Positions 39,574 through 49,470 are shown, numbered from the stretch's first letter. The stretch is DNA of 64,000 nt from an uncultured Candidatus Rokubacteria bacterium (GCA_963805625.1 CAWDVE010000019.1:256001-320000), one strand, 5' to 3'. Notes: generated from the sequence alone by a model not told the origin. Numbers and translations are program-made.

Positions 39574-40671
39574 ATGGACGCACGCTCTACGACCGCTCCC
39601 CGCCCCGCCCAGGCGTTCTACGAGGCGCTGGAGCGAAACCACCTGGTGGCGCTGTGGAACGTGAACAAGAGCCTCCTCCCGAAGGAGCCGAGGAGCCGCT
39701 GCGTCCCGCATCTCTGGCGGTGGGAGACCATGCTGCCGCTGGTCCGGCAGGGAGCGGAGGTGGCGCCGCTCAGCCGGGCAGCCGAGCGCCGGGTCCTCGG
39801 CTTCATCAACCCCGGCCTGCCGGACCGGTTCGGCGCGACCCATACCCTCTGGGCGGGCTTCCAGTACGTGCTGCCCGGCGAGGTGGCGCCTGCCCACCGG
39901 CACTCGCCAGCGGCCATCCGGTTCGTCATCGAGGGCCAGGGCGCCTTCACCACGGTGGACGGCGACAAGTGCGTGATGGGGCGGGGCGACCTCGTGCTGA
40001 CGCCGCCGTGGACCTGGCACGACCACGGCAACGACAGCGACCGGCCCATGCTCTGGCTCGACGGTCTCGACCTCCCGATGGTCGGCGAGATGGAGGCGCA
40101 GTTCTACGAGCCCTTCGCCGAGGAGGCCCAGGTAATCGGGAAGTCGGTGGGGGACTCCGAGCGCCGGTACGGGATCGGCCAACTCCGGCCGACGTGGGAG
40201 ACCTGGACGGCGGCGCACTCGCCGCTCCTCAACTACAAGTGGGACCGGACAGAGGAGGCCCTGCGCCGCCTTGCGTCCGTCGCCGGCGGCGCCAGCGCAT
40301 TCGACGACGTGGCCATGGAGTACGTCAACCCCAACACCGGCGGGCCGCTGATGCCGACCATCGCCTGCTGGATCCAGCTCCTCCGTCCGGGCATTCGAAC
40401 CAAGGCCCACCGGCAGACAGGCAGCGCCGTCTACCTCGTGTTCGAGGGCCAGGGCCAGAGCGTCATCGACGGGCAACGCTTCGACTGGCGAAAGGGCGAT
40501 CTCTTCGTCGTCCCGACGTGGGCCTGGCACGAGCACGCGAGCGTCGATGGAGAGGCGATCCTCTTCTCGGTGCAGGACACGCCGATCCTGCGGGCCCTCG
40601 GCCTCCATCGCGAGCAGGCCTACCGGGAGCACGACGGCCACCAACCGGTCGCGCGCGTCTTCGAGGGGTAG
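39574..40671 (+). CDS. Gentisate 1,2-dioxygenase-like bicupin
   Basis: ERRVL..NPG, AHRHSPAAIRF, WHDH, WLDGLDLP, YVNPNTG, WHEH motifs. Confidence 0.88.
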   Translation: MDARSTTAPRPAQAFYEALERNHLVALWNVNKSLLPKEPRSRCVPHLWRWETMLPLVRQGAEVAPLSRAAERRVLGFINPGLPDRFGATHTLWAGFQYVLPGEVAPAHRHSPAAIRFVIEGQGAFTTVDGDKCVMGRGDLVLTPPWTWHDHGNDSDRPMLWLDGLDLPMVGEMEAQFYEPFAEEAQVIGKSVGDSERRYGIGQLRPTWETWTAAHSPLLNYKWDRTEEALRRLASVAGGASAFDDVAMEYVNPNTGGPLMPTIACWIQLLRPGIRTKAHRQTGSAVYLVFEGQGQSVIDGQRFDWRKGDLFVVPTWAWHEHASVDGEAILFSVQDTPILRALGLHREQAYREHDGHQPVARVFEG

Positions 40672-40676
40672 CGGCG

Positions 40677-41525
40677 GTGCGGCTCGCGGTCTTCGGCGAC
40701 AGCCGGCTTGGGCTCCTGCGGGACGGCGCGATCGTCGACGTCAGTGATCTCGTCGGGGCCGGCGGCTCGGACTGGCCTCCGGTCTTCCTCTTACGCGCGA
40801 TCGCCGACTTCGATCGGCTGGGCCCACGGCTCCTGGACGCGCTCGAGCAGCGCCCGAGCATCCCGCTCGACCGCGTGCGGCTCCAGGCGCCGGCCGTGTT
40901 CCCCAGCAAGGTCATCGCCGCTCCGGTCAACTACCGTCTCCACATCGAGGAGATGCGCCCCCTGATCAAGGGCGAGCTGCACGCGATCGAGCGCTACGGG
41001 GTCTTCCTGAAGGCCCCCTCGTCCATCGTGGGCCCGGAGGCGACCGTCGAGCTGCCGTTCCCGGATCGGCGCACGGACCACGAGGTGGAGCTGGGCGTCG
41101 TGATCGGGCGAACGGCGCGGAAGGTGGCCATGACCGACGCGATGGCCCACGTGTTCGGCTACACCGGGGTGATGGACATCACCGTGCGGGGGGACGAGGA
41201 CCGCTCGACCCGGAAGTCCTTCGACACGTTCACGCCGGTCGGGCCGGTGTTGGTGACGGCCGACGAGATTCCCGACCCGCACGCGCTCGAGCTCCAGCTT
41301 TGGGTCAACGGAGAGCGCCGCCAGCACGGCAACACCCGGGACATGATCTGGAACGTGCCGAAGCTCATCGAGTACGCCTCCCACGTCATGACGCTCAACC
41401 CCGGCGACCTGCTCTCCACCGGGACTCCGGACGGCGTGGGTCCGCTCCGGCCGGGAGACCACGTGACCATGGAGGTCGAGCGCGTCGGGCGGCTGTCAGT
41501 CAGGGTGGAGGTCCGGAAGCTCTGA
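40677..41525 (+). CDS. Fumarylacetoacetate hydrolase family protein
   Basis: FLKAPSS, DHEVELG, KSFDTFTP, TGTPDGVG motifs. Confidence 0.92.
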   Translation: MRLAVFGDSRLGLLRDGAIVDVSDLVGAGGSDWPPVFLLRAIADFDRLGPRLLDALEQRPSIPLDRVRLQAPAVFPSKVIAAPVNYRLHIEEMRPLIKGELHAIERYGVFLKAPSSIVGPEATVELPFPDRRTDHEVELGVVIGRTARKVAMTDAMAHVFGYTGVMDITVRGDEDRSTRKSFDTFTPVGPVLVTADEIPDPHALELQLWVNGERRQHGNTRDMIWNVPKLIEYASHVMTLNPGDLLSTGTPDGVGPLRPGDHVTMEVERVGRLSVRVEVRKL

Positions 41526-41648
41526 AGTCGAGCGCCTCGTCCTGTCCACGGCCCGGTGGGAGTTGGGAGAGAAGCCTGAATCCGTTCGGACCACGCCGCC
41601 ATGAGCAAGTCGGGGGGGCCACGTCAGCGTTGATCGGGAGGTGGTCAA

Positions 41649-42053
41649 ATGACCATTCGCTTGGACCACACGATCGTGCCCGCGAAGGACAAGCTGGCCT
41701 CCGCCGGCTTCTTCGCCGAGATCTTCGGCTTGACGGTCAAGCCGGGCTACTTCGCGCAAGTGCAGGTCAACGAGAGCCTGACCTTGGACTTCGCCGACGA
41801 GCCAGAGCCATGGGGTGGGCCAGGGTTTGATCCCAGGACGGGCCAGAGCCACCACTATGCGTTCCACGTCAGCGAGGCGGAGTTCGAGGCGATCTTCGGC
41901 CGAGTCCAGGCCAAGGGGCTTCCCTACGGTAGCGGACCAGACCGCCACACCGATCGCAAGCTGTACAGCCGCCGGGGCGGGCGCGGGCTCTACTTCGAGG
42001 ATCCGTATGGTCACCTGCTGGAAGTCATGACCGTGCCAGAGACGGGGAGCTAG
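41649..42053 (+). CDS. VOC/glyoxalase family protein
   Basis: LDHTIV, HYAFHV, YFEDPYGHLLE motifs; GGAGG RBS. Confidence 0.9.
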   Translation: MTIRLDHTIVPAKDKLASAGFFAEIFGLTVKPGYFAQVQVNESLTLDFADEPEPWGGPGFDPRTGQSHHYAFHVSEAEFEAIFGRVQAKGLPYGSGPDRHTDRKLYSRRGGRGLYFEDPYGHLLEVMTVPETGS

Positions 42054-42505
42054 CCGAGACTGACCCGCCACCCGGCACGAGCGATGCTCTGAACCTCCTC
42101 AGGAAGGTCAGCGCTCGGGCGTGAGGCGTCCGGCTGGTACCCTCGGCGGGCGGCGACCCCGGCGATCGGTTTTCCCGATGGTCTCCCGGGCGCTGCGTCC
42201 CTCTTCTCACCTGGGCGCATCAACACGTCGTGACGGGAAGGGACATCTGGTCATGCCGACGCTGACCCTCGGGACGCCCCGCCACATCGATCGTGACCGC
42301 CGTCGGGTCGTGATCGGGCCCGCGGAGTTCCCGGTGGGGACCGGCATCTCTCGCTCGGAGGACTATGAGCCGGCACGCCGATCAAGGTCGTGGCCGCCGC
42401 GCAGGCGGCCACGAATGGGCGACCGCGATCGAGTTCGATCGCTGAGGTGCGCATCTCGCCGGTGGCGTGGGCGACCGGTGTGGGTGCCCGGAGAGGTGGC
42501 ATGGC

Positions 42506-43603
42506 ATGAATCAACCCGTTGACGCGAAGCGCCTGAACCCCTTTGAGCACTACCTCTCCGCGTGGGTGGCGCTCTGTATCGTCGCCGGGGTCGCGCTCGG
42601 CATGATGGCTCCCGGGTTTGTGCACGCGCTGAGCCGGCTCGAGGTCCGGCACGTCAACCTGCCGATCGCCGTCCTCATCTGGCTCATGATCTACCCGATG
42701 ATGCTGCGGATCGACTTCGCGGCGGTCCGCGGCGTGGGCCGGCGTCCCAAGGGCATCCTCGTCGTCTTGTTCGTGAACTGGCTGGTCAAGCCATTCAGCA
42801 TGGCGGTGCTCGGCTGGCTCTTCTTCAAGCACCTCTTCGCGGGACTGATCGGGCCAGAGCTCGGTGACCAGTACCTGGCGGGGGCCATCATCCTCGCCGC
42901 GGCCCCGTGCACGGCCATGGTGTTCGTGTGGAGCTATCTGACCGATGGGGATCCCGCGTACACGCTCGTCCAGGTGGCGCTGAACGACCTCATCATGCTG
43001 GTCGCGTTCGCCCCGATCGTGATCCTGCTCCTCGGGGTATCGAACATCACCGTCCCCTACGACGTCCTGTTCTACTCGGTGGTGCTCTACATCGTGATCC
43101 CGCTGGCGGCGGGGGTCCTGTCCCGCACGGTTGTTCTGCGCGCCCGGGGCTCCGAATGGTTCGATCAGGTCTTCCTTGCGAGGCTGAAGCCCGTCGCGAT
43201 CCTGGCGCTGCTCGCGACCCTCGTCCTGATCTTCGCCTTCCAGGGGGAAGTGATCCTGGGGCGCCTTTCCCACATCGTGCTGATCGCCGTCCCGCTCCTG
43301 ATCCAGGTCTACTTCAACTCCGGATTGGCCTATGGGCTCGCGCGGTGGTTCCGGGTGCCCCACGCGGTGGCGGCGCCAGGGGCACTCATCGGCGCGAGCA
43401 ACTTCTTTGAGCTCGCGGTAGCGACGGCGATCTCATTGTTCGGGCTCACATCGGGGGCGACGCTGGCGACCGTGGTCGGGGTGCTCGTCGAGGTGCCGGT
43501 GATGCTGTCGGTGTGCTCATTCTGCAACCGGACGCGTCCCTGGTTCGCAGAGATCGACGCCGCGGAGGCGCGCGTTGGCCGGGTTGCGGAGGCGCGGCGA
43601 TGA
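42506..43603 (+). CDS. acr3: Acr3 family arsenite efflux transporter
   Basis: IWLMIYPMM, NWLVKPFSM, APCTAMVFVW, GASNFFELAVA, GVLVEVPVML motifs. Confidence 0.96.
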   Translation: MNQPVDAKRLNPFEHYLSAWVALCIVAGVALGMMAPGFVHALSRLEVRHVNLPIAVLIWLMIYPMMLRIDFAAVRGVGRRPKGILVVLFVNWLVKPFSMAVLGWLFFKHLFAGLIGPELGDQYLAGAIILAAAPCTAMVFVWSYLTDGDPAYTLVQVALNDLIMLVAFAPIVILLLGVSNITVPYDVLFYSVVLYIVIPLAAGVLSRTVVLRARGSEWFDQVFLARLKPVAILALLATLVLIFAFQGEVILGRLSHIVLIAVPLLIQVYFNSGLAYGLARWFRVPHAVAAPGALIGASNFFELAVATAISLFGLTSGATLATVVGVLVEVPVMLSVCSFCNRTRPWFAEIDAAEARVGRVAEARR

Positions 43604-44030
43604 CACGCCGTCGGATGCTCTTCCTCTGCACCCGCAACTCCTCCCGCGGCCAGATGACGGAAGCATTTCTCCGCACCCAGGCCGGCGACCGCTTCGAAGT
43701 GGCGAGCGCCGGGACCGAGGCCACGCGCGTCCATCCGCGGGCATCTGCGTGATGGACGAGGCGGGAATCGATCTGCGCGGGCACACCTCGAAGATCGTGG
43801 ACCGGTTCCTCCAGGAGCCCTGGGACCATGGCAGCAGCGTTTGCGACAGCGCCAACGAGCGGTGCCCCGTGTTCCCGGGCCGGACGATTCGGGTCCACTG
43901 CAGCTTTGAGGACCCGTCCCAATCCACGGAGCCCGAGGACCAGCGGTTCGATACCTTTCGGCGCGCGCGACCAGCGCGCGCTCAAGGATTGGCTGGCGGC
44001 GACGCGCGAGGTAGCGCCGGACGGTGTGAC
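43600..44030 (+). pseudogene. arsC: Thioredoxin-type arsenate reductase, frameshifted twice
   Basis: LFLCTRNSSRGQM and SAGTE in one frame; shifts near 43740 to VCDSANERCPVFPG and FEDPS; shifts again near 43970. End approximate. Confidence 0.8.
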
Positions 44031-44110
44031 GTGCGCATGCAGATGGCCGCTCGCCTTGCCACCCTCGCCGACTCCGATGCGAGCGCGCGTGCCCTCGAGC
44101 CCCTCACGCG

Positions 44111-45367
44111 ATGACGCTGAACCACGGGGTGGCCGCGATGTGCGCCGCGCAGGCCTGCGCTCAGATCGGCGCCTTCAGCGTCGCGGCTCTCTTGCCGACG
44201 CTGATTGCCGCCTGGTCGCTGAGCAACACCGAGGCGGGGTGGATCGGTGGGATCTACTACGCCGCCTACACGCTCGTCGTGCCGCTCCTCTCGTCGCTGA
44301 CCGATCGTGTGGATCCCAAGCGCGTCTACCTCGGCTCGGTCGCCCTGACCGCCATTGCCTTCGCCGGGTTCGCCTGGGTCGCGACCGGCTTCTGGTCGGC
44401 GCTGGCGTTCCGGGCACTGATGGGCACGGGGTGGGCCGGCAGCTACATGCCGGGGCTCAAGGCCTTGAGCGACCTGGCGGAGGGTCCGCAGCAGTCCCGA
44501 GCCGTAGCCGCGCACGCGGCGGCGGTCGGCGTGAGCGGCGCCCTCTCGTTCGGCGTCGCGGGCGCCGTGAACGCCCGGCTCGGCTGGCACTGGGCGCTGG
44601 TGCCTGGTGCAGTCGGCGCCGCCCTGGCATTCGTGCTGGTGCTGGTGGGCCTGCCCTCCCGCCCTCCAAGAGGGGCCGCGGGCCCCGGCAGGGCACTCCT
44701 CGACTTCCGTCCGATCCTCCGCAACCGGTCGGCGCTCGCCTACTCGGTCGCATACTGCATCCACACGTGGGAAATGTCCGCACTGCGTGGCTGGGTTGTC
44801 GCGTTCCTGACGTTCGTGGCCGCCCGGGCGCCCGACGCATGGACGCCGCTGGCGCCCGCCACCGTCGCCAGCGTGATGGGCCTGCTCGGCGTGTGGGCCA
44901 GCGTGTGGGGCAACGAGCTGGCCATTCGATTCGGCCGCCGCCGCTTCATCCTCGGCACGATGCTCGCCTCCGGCGCGCTGGCAGCCGTGATCGGCTTCAG
45001 CGCGGCGCTGCCGTACGCGGCCGCGGCCGCGCTCGTGCTGCTGTACGCGATCCTGATCTGGTCGGACTCGTCGTCGCTGACCGCGGGGAGCGCCGGCAGC
45101 GCTGAACCCGGCCGGCGAGGTGCGACGCTCGCCGTCCACTCGACGCTCGGGTACGCCGGCGGTTTCCTCGGTCCGCTGGCACTCGGCGTGACGCTGGATC
45201 TTCTCGGCGGCGCGAGCGTGTTGGGGTGGGGGGTGGCATTCGGCCACGTCACGGTTGCCCTGCTCCTGGGCGCGCTCGCGTTCGTATGGCTGCGCCCGGC
45301 CGATCTTGCCGGCGATCGTTCGTCAACGCCTGTCACTGCCGCTGCCCCTCCCCTGAAGCTGACGTGA
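44111..45367 (+). CDS. MFS transporter
   Basis: About 12 TM helices; LTDRVDPKR loop, YMPGLKALSD. Confidence 0.88.
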   Translation: MTLNHGVAAMCAAQACAQIGAFSVAALLPTLIAAWSLSNTEAGWIGGIYYAAYTLVVPLLSSLTDRVDPKRVYLGSVALTAIAFAGFAWVATGFWSALAFRALMGTGWAGSYMPGLKALSDLAEGPQQSRAVAAHAAAVGVSGALSFGVAGAVNARLGWHWALVPGAVGAALAFVLVLVGLPSRPPRGAAGPGRALLDFRPILRNRSALAYSVAYCIHTWEMSALRGWVVAFLTFVAARAPDAWTPLAPATVASVMGLLGVWASVWGNELAIRFGRRRFILGTMLASGALAAVIGFSAALPYAAAAALVLLYAILIWSDSSSLTAGSAGSAEPGRRGATLAVHSTLGYAGGFLGPLALGVTLDLLGGASVLGWGVAFGHVTVALLLGALAFVWLRPADLAGDRSSTPVTAAAPPLKLT

Positions 45368-45444
45368 CCGAGGGGTACAAGGACTCGCTCTTGCCCAAGG
45401 TGGACGTTTGTCCGCCGGGGGCCCCCGCCCGAATCCAAATCCAC

Positions 45445-45477
45445 TTGACACGCATCCAAGAAATCGTAATATCACGA
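45445..45477 (+). promoter_or_regulatory. Sigma70 promoter of arsR overlapped by operator TCGT-N6-ACGA
   Basis: TTGACA 45445-45450, 16 bp spacer, TAATAT 45467-45472; inverted repeat TCGT/ACGA at 45464-45477. Confidence 0.7.
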
Positions 45478-45480
45478 CCT

Positions 45481-45846
45481 ATGGAAGCCAGAAGTTCGGC
45501 CGTCAAGGCAGCGGTTCGAGTCCAACCGGGGTCAGCCGCACGCGCGGCAGAGCTGGCGGGCCGAGGCTTGGCGATCACCGCGGCCGACGAGGAGCTCGCC
45601 GGCCTCACCAGGGCCCTGGGCCATCCGATCCGGGTGGCCATCGTGCGCTACCTACTCGAACAGGGGGAATCGGTCTGCACCGACCTGTCGGAGGTGGTGC
45701 CGCTGGCCCACTCCACGACCATGCAGCACATCAAGGTGCTGAAGGAGGCTGGCCTCCTGTCGGCCGGTCGTTGTGGCCGGAACGTGCTCTACTGCGTGAA
45801 CCTTGAAGCCTTGCGGCAGTTCCGATCCCTCGTGGGCCGTCTCTAG
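45481..45846 (+). CDS. arsR: ArsR/SmtB family transcriptional repressor
   Basis: RALGHPIRVAI, SVCTDL, HSTTMQHIKVLKEAGL motifs. Confidence 0.88.
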   Translation: MEARSSAVKAAVRVQPGSAARAAELAGRGLAITAADEELAGLTRALGHPIRVAIVRYLLEQGESVCTDLSEVVPLAHSTTMQHIKVLKEAGLLSAGRCGRNVLYCVNLEALRQFRSLVGRL

Positions 45847-45851
45847 TTTTT

Positions 45852-45880
45852 TTGACTTGAGAAGTCGTGAAACAACGACT
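45852..45880 (+). promoter_or_regulatory. Second ArsR operator (AGTCGT-N6-ACGACT) with TTGACT, upstream of the flavoprotein gene
   Basis: Perfect inverted repeat at 45863-45880 sharing the TCGT-N6-ACGA core. Confidence 0.65.
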
Positions 45881-45907
45881 GAACATCGACCAGGAGGAGA
45901 AGAAGCG

Positions 45908-47449
45908 ATGACCCCCCCACCGCGCCCCGTCGCCGTCATCGGCGCCGGCCCCGTCGGGCTGGCCGCCGCCGCCCATCTCGTCAGTCGGGGCGAGATCCCG
46001 ATTGTCCTCGAAGCCGGCAGCAAGGTGGGCACCGCTGTCCGCAAGTGGGGACACGTCCGCGTGTTCTCGCCCTGGCGCTACAACGTCGACCCGGTCGCCG
46101 CCGCGATGCTGGAGAAGACGGGGTGGACCATGCCGGACCCCGAGCACCTGCCCACGGGCCAGGAGCTCGTGGAGGAATATCTGGAACCGCTGGCCACCCT
46201 GCCCGAGATACGGCCGCATCTGCGCCTGCGGACGCGGGTTGTGAGCGTGAGCCGCCGGGGATATGACAAGCTCCGGACGCAAGGCCGAGAGACGGCACCA
46301 TTCGTCGTTCGCGTCCTCACACCCGCGGGAGAAGAGGACATCATCACCCGGGCGGTGATCGACGCCTCCGGCACGTACGGGTCGGCGAACCCCCTCGGGG
46401 CCGACGGCACCCCGGCGCGTGGCGAGGCTGGCATCCGGGATCGGGTGTTCTATGGAATCCCCGAGGTTCTCGGAGCCCAGCGTCCTCGCTACGCGGGCCG
46501 GCGCGTGGCAGTGATCGGGAGCGGCCATTCCGCCCTGAACACGCTGCTCGATCTGGCAGAGCTGGCGGCGGTCGAGCCCGAGACGCGGATCACGTGGATC
46601 GTGCGACGTTCGCCCCCGGCGCGGGTCTTCGGCGGGGGCGCCGCGGACGCCTTGCCTGCGCGCGGCGCGCTGGGACAGCAGGCGCGCGCGCTCCTGGAGC
46701 GCGGCGCGGTCACACTCGTCGTCGGCCGGCTCGCCAGCGTTTCCCAGACCGCCGGCGGCGTTGCGATCCTGGACGAGGCCGGCCGCACCCTCGCCGTGGC
46801 CGACGAGCTGGTGGCGGTCACCGGATTCCGGCCGGACCTTGGTCCGCTCCGCGAGCTGCGCCTCGATCTCGACCCGATCATGGAGGCCCCGCGGGCGCTC
46901 GCCCCGCTGATCGACCCGAACGTCCATAGCTGTGGCACGGTGCCGCCGCATGGCGTGGAGGAGCTGGCGCAGCCCGAGCCCGGCTTCTACGTCGTCGGCA
47001 TGAAGAGCTACGGTCGCGCGCCGACCTTCCTCATGCTGACCGGCTACGAGCAGGTTCGGTCGATTGCGTGTGCGCTGACGGGTGACGTCGAGGGGGCTCG
47101 GAGGGTGGAACTCACGCTCCCGGAGTCGGGGGTCTGCAGCACGCAGCCGATCGGCTCACCAGTTGCACACACGAACACGCTCGAAGGCGCGACCTCGTGC
47201 TGCGGCGGGCCAGCTCCGGCGCACGTGGATGCTTGTTGCGCCGACGATGCCGAGGCCAAAGCGGTCGGGGAGGCAGGATGCGGCTGCGGACCGAGGGGCG
47301 CGGAAGTTGTCGCGGCGCCGGCCGCAGCCGGCCATGCCGGGTCAGCGCGGAGAGCCGCATCGGCCGGTGGACGCGAGCGGCTTCCGCTTCGTCTGGTGCC
47401 CTCAAACACGCTTCGTGAAGGCGAGGGCGCGAGCCGGTGCTGTAGCTAG
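45908..47449 (+). CDS. FAD/NAD(P)-dependent flavoprotein monooxygenase, ArsV/ArsO-like (putative methylarsenite oxidase)
   Basis: IGAGPVG, WGHVRVFSPW, IGSGHSA, HSCGTVPPHG, GMKSYGRAPTF motifs; Cys-rich tail; lies between arsR and an MFS gene. Confidence 0.8.
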   Translation: MTPPPRPVAVIGAGPVGLAAAAHLVSRGEIPIVLEAGSKVGTAVRKWGHVRVFSPWRYNVDPVAAAMLEKTGWTMPDPEHLPTGQELVEEYLEPLATLPEIRPHLRLRTRVVSVSRRGYDKLRTQGRETAPFVVRVLTPAGEEDIITRAVIDASGTYGSANPLGADGTPARGEAGIRDRVFYGIPEVLGAQRPRYAGRRVAVIGSGHSALNTLLDLAELAAVEPETRITWIVRRSPPARVFGGGAADALPARGALGQQARALLERGAVTLVVGRLASVSQTAGGVAILDEAGRTLAVADELVAVTGFRPDLGPLRELRLDLDPIMEAPRALAPLIDPNVHSCGTVPPHGVEELAQPEPGFYVVGMKSYGRAPTFLMLTGYEQVRSIACALTGDVEGARRVELTLPESGVCSTQPIGSPVAHTNTLEGATSCCGGPAPAHVDACCADDAEAKAVGEAGCGCGPRGAEVVAAPAAAGHAGSARRAASAGGRERLPLRLVPSNTLREGEGASRCCS

Positions 47450-47454
47450 GATTC

Positions 47455-48687
47455 ATGCGGGCCGCCGGCCGGACGTGGAGGCTCGGACCCGACCAGTATG
47501 GCTGGGTGATCGTCGCGGCCCTCTCCGTGACCGAGACCGTGACATGGGGGATCGTCTACTACGGTTTCCCCGTCTTTCTCCGCTCGATGGAGCAGGACCT
47601 GCGAGCCTCCAGGGTGGCGGTGACGGGCGCCTTCTCGGTCGGACTTGGAGTCTCCGCGCTGGCGGCGCTGCCGGTCGGGCGCTGGATCGACCGACATGGC
47701 GCCCGGGGGCTCATGACGGTGGGCTCATGTCTCGCCACGGTGCTCATGTTTGGCTGGGCGCGGGTCCAGAGCCTTCCCGCTCTCTATGCGGTCTGGTTCT
47801 TGATGGGACTTGCGATGGCGGCCACGCTGTACGAGCCGGCCTTCGCGGTCGTCGTGTCCTGGTTCGAGCAGGGGCGTGCCCGTGCTCTGCTGACCGTGAC
47901 GCTCGTGGCCGGTCTGGCGAGCACGATCTTCATGCCGATCGAGGCGTGGCTCCTCGGCTGGATCGGGTGGCGGTCCGCGCTCACGGTCCTCGGCATCGTG
48001 CTGGCCGTCATCACCATCCCGATTCACGCGGTCTTCCTCCGGCGTGGTCCGGTGGGGATGGTACGCGGGTCCGCGGGGGACACGACCTCGTCCCCGACGC
48101 GCGGCCAGACCCTCGGGGAAGCCGCCGGTACCCTGGTGTTCTGGGTGTTGACGGCAGCGTTCTTCGTCAGCAACTTCGCGACCGCGGCACTCAGCACCCA
48201 TCTCATCCCGTATCTCGTCGGCCTGGGGTATTCGGCGACGATCGCGGCCACCGTGATCGGGTGGATGGGTGCGATGCAGCTGCCCGGACGGGTGCTCTTC
48301 GTCCCGATCGCGGCGCGGCTCGGCGCGCGGTGGATGCTGGCCGCCGTGTTCCTCGCGCAGGGGCTGGGGACCGGCCAGCTCCCTCTCCTCGGGACGATCG
48401 GGACAGTCGTGCCGTTCGTCGTGCTGCAGGGCGCCGCGAACGGTATGGCGACGCTCGGACGCGCTACGTCGCTGGCAGAGATCTTCGGGCCTCGGCACTA
48501 CGGAGCCATCGCAGGTGCCGTCGCGCTCGGGGCCAATGGCGCACGGGCCATCGGCCCGGTCGGCGCCTCGCTCCTGTGGGTCGGACTCGGTTCTTACCCG
48601 TCGGTGTTCTGGGTGCTCGGAGCCTCGTTGACCCTGGCTGCGGTCGCGGTGCTGACGACCGGTGGGGCCATGAGGCGAAAGGAGTAG
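47455..48687 (+). CDS. MFS transporter, ArsK-like
   Basis: ETVTWGIVYY, GRWIDRHGAR, AATLYEPAFA motifs; context arsR-flavoprotein-MFS. Confidence 0.8.
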   Translation: MRAAGRTWRLGPDQYGWVIVAALSVTETVTWGIVYYGFPVFLRSMEQDLRASRVAVTGAFSVGLGVSALAALPVGRWIDRHGARGLMTVGSCLATVLMFGWARVQSLPALYAVWFLMGLAMAATLYEPAFAVVVSWFEQGRARALLTVTLVAGLASTIFMPIEAWLLGWIGWRSALTVLGIVLAVITIPIHAVFLRRGPVGMVRGSAGDTTSSPTRGQTLGEAAGTLVFWVLTAAFFVSNFATAALSTHLIPYLVGLGYSATIAATVIGWMGAMQLPGRVLFVPIAARLGARWMLAAVFLAQGLGTGQLPLLGTIGTVVPFVVLQGAANGMATLGRATSLAEIFGPRHYGAIAGAVALGANGARAIGPVGASLLWVGLGSYPSVFWVLGASLTLAAVAVLTTGGAMRRKE

Positions 48688-48898
48688 CCGAGCTGCGTCA
48701 GGAGCTCGAGCGCCATCGAGTGCACCTGACCCCGGGGATGGCTCCCGCGCTGAGCGCGACGAACTTGCCTGTCCCCCAACGGTTCATGGCGCATTCGGCC
48801 ATGATGCTGCGGGCGGAGTTGAACAGCACGCGGTAGGGTCCCCGGGTGACCCGACTCGGTAGGACTTTTCCGCTAGCTCCCGCGCGTGCCTTCTCCAT
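48682..48898 (-). pseudogene. arsC: Second arsenate reductase remnant: catalytic Cys deleted, frameshifted, truncated
   Basis: RVLF-NSARSIMAE lacks LCTG; SAG shifts frame to SHPRGQVHSMALELL; sequence ends at the 3' end of the MFS gene. Confidence 0.72.
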
Positions 48899-48948
48899 GA
48901 CGAGACCTCCAGCTGCTTGGATCGGCTTCCACTTGCCGACCTCCGGTG

Positions 48949-49470
48949 TCAGCCGTGGGCCGCACTCCCCAGAAGCTTCTCGACGATGACGCAGTCGCGC
49001 CACTGGCCCTCGATCTGGCCGTGGCGCCGGTACACGCCGACGACCCGGAATCCAGCGCGGTCGTGAAGGGCGAGGCTTCCCGTGTTTTCGGGGAAGATCC
49101 GCGAGACGAGCTTCCAGAATCCCCGCGCCGCGTACTCGCGGGCGAGCGCGTCGAGCGCGGCCCGTCCGGCGCCGGCGCCGCGCGCGTGGCGGGCCACGTA
49201 TACGGAGTGCTCGGCCACGCCAGCATAGGCCGGCCGCGCCCGGTAGGGGCCGGCACTAGCCCAGGCGACGATGCGCCCGTCCCGTTCGACCACGACCGTC
49301 GGGTACCGGTCTCCCTTCTCGGTCAGCTGAGCTTCGACGTCCTGCGCCGATCGAGGCGTGGTCTCGAAGGTGGCGATCCGCTCCTCGATACCCTGGTTGT
49401 AGATGTCGGCGATGCTGGCGGCGTCGGCCGTAGTGGCGAGCCGAACGCGAAGCTCCGACCGGTTCGTCAT
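48949..49470 (-). CDS. arsN: GNAT N-acetyltransferase, ArsN1/phosphinothricin-acetyltransferase-like
   Basis: IYNQGIEERIATFET, EHSVYV, KLVSRIFPEN, WRDCVIVE motifs; inside the ars operon. Confidence 0.85.
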   Translation of the reverse strand: MTNRSELRVRLATTADAASIADIYNQGIEERIATFETTPRSAQDVEAQLTEKGDRYPTVVVERDGRIVAWASAGPYRARPAYAGVAEHSVYVARHARGAGAGRAALDALAREYAARGFWKLVSRIFPENTGSLALHDRAGFRVVGVYRRHGQIEGQWRDCVIVEKLLGSAAHG

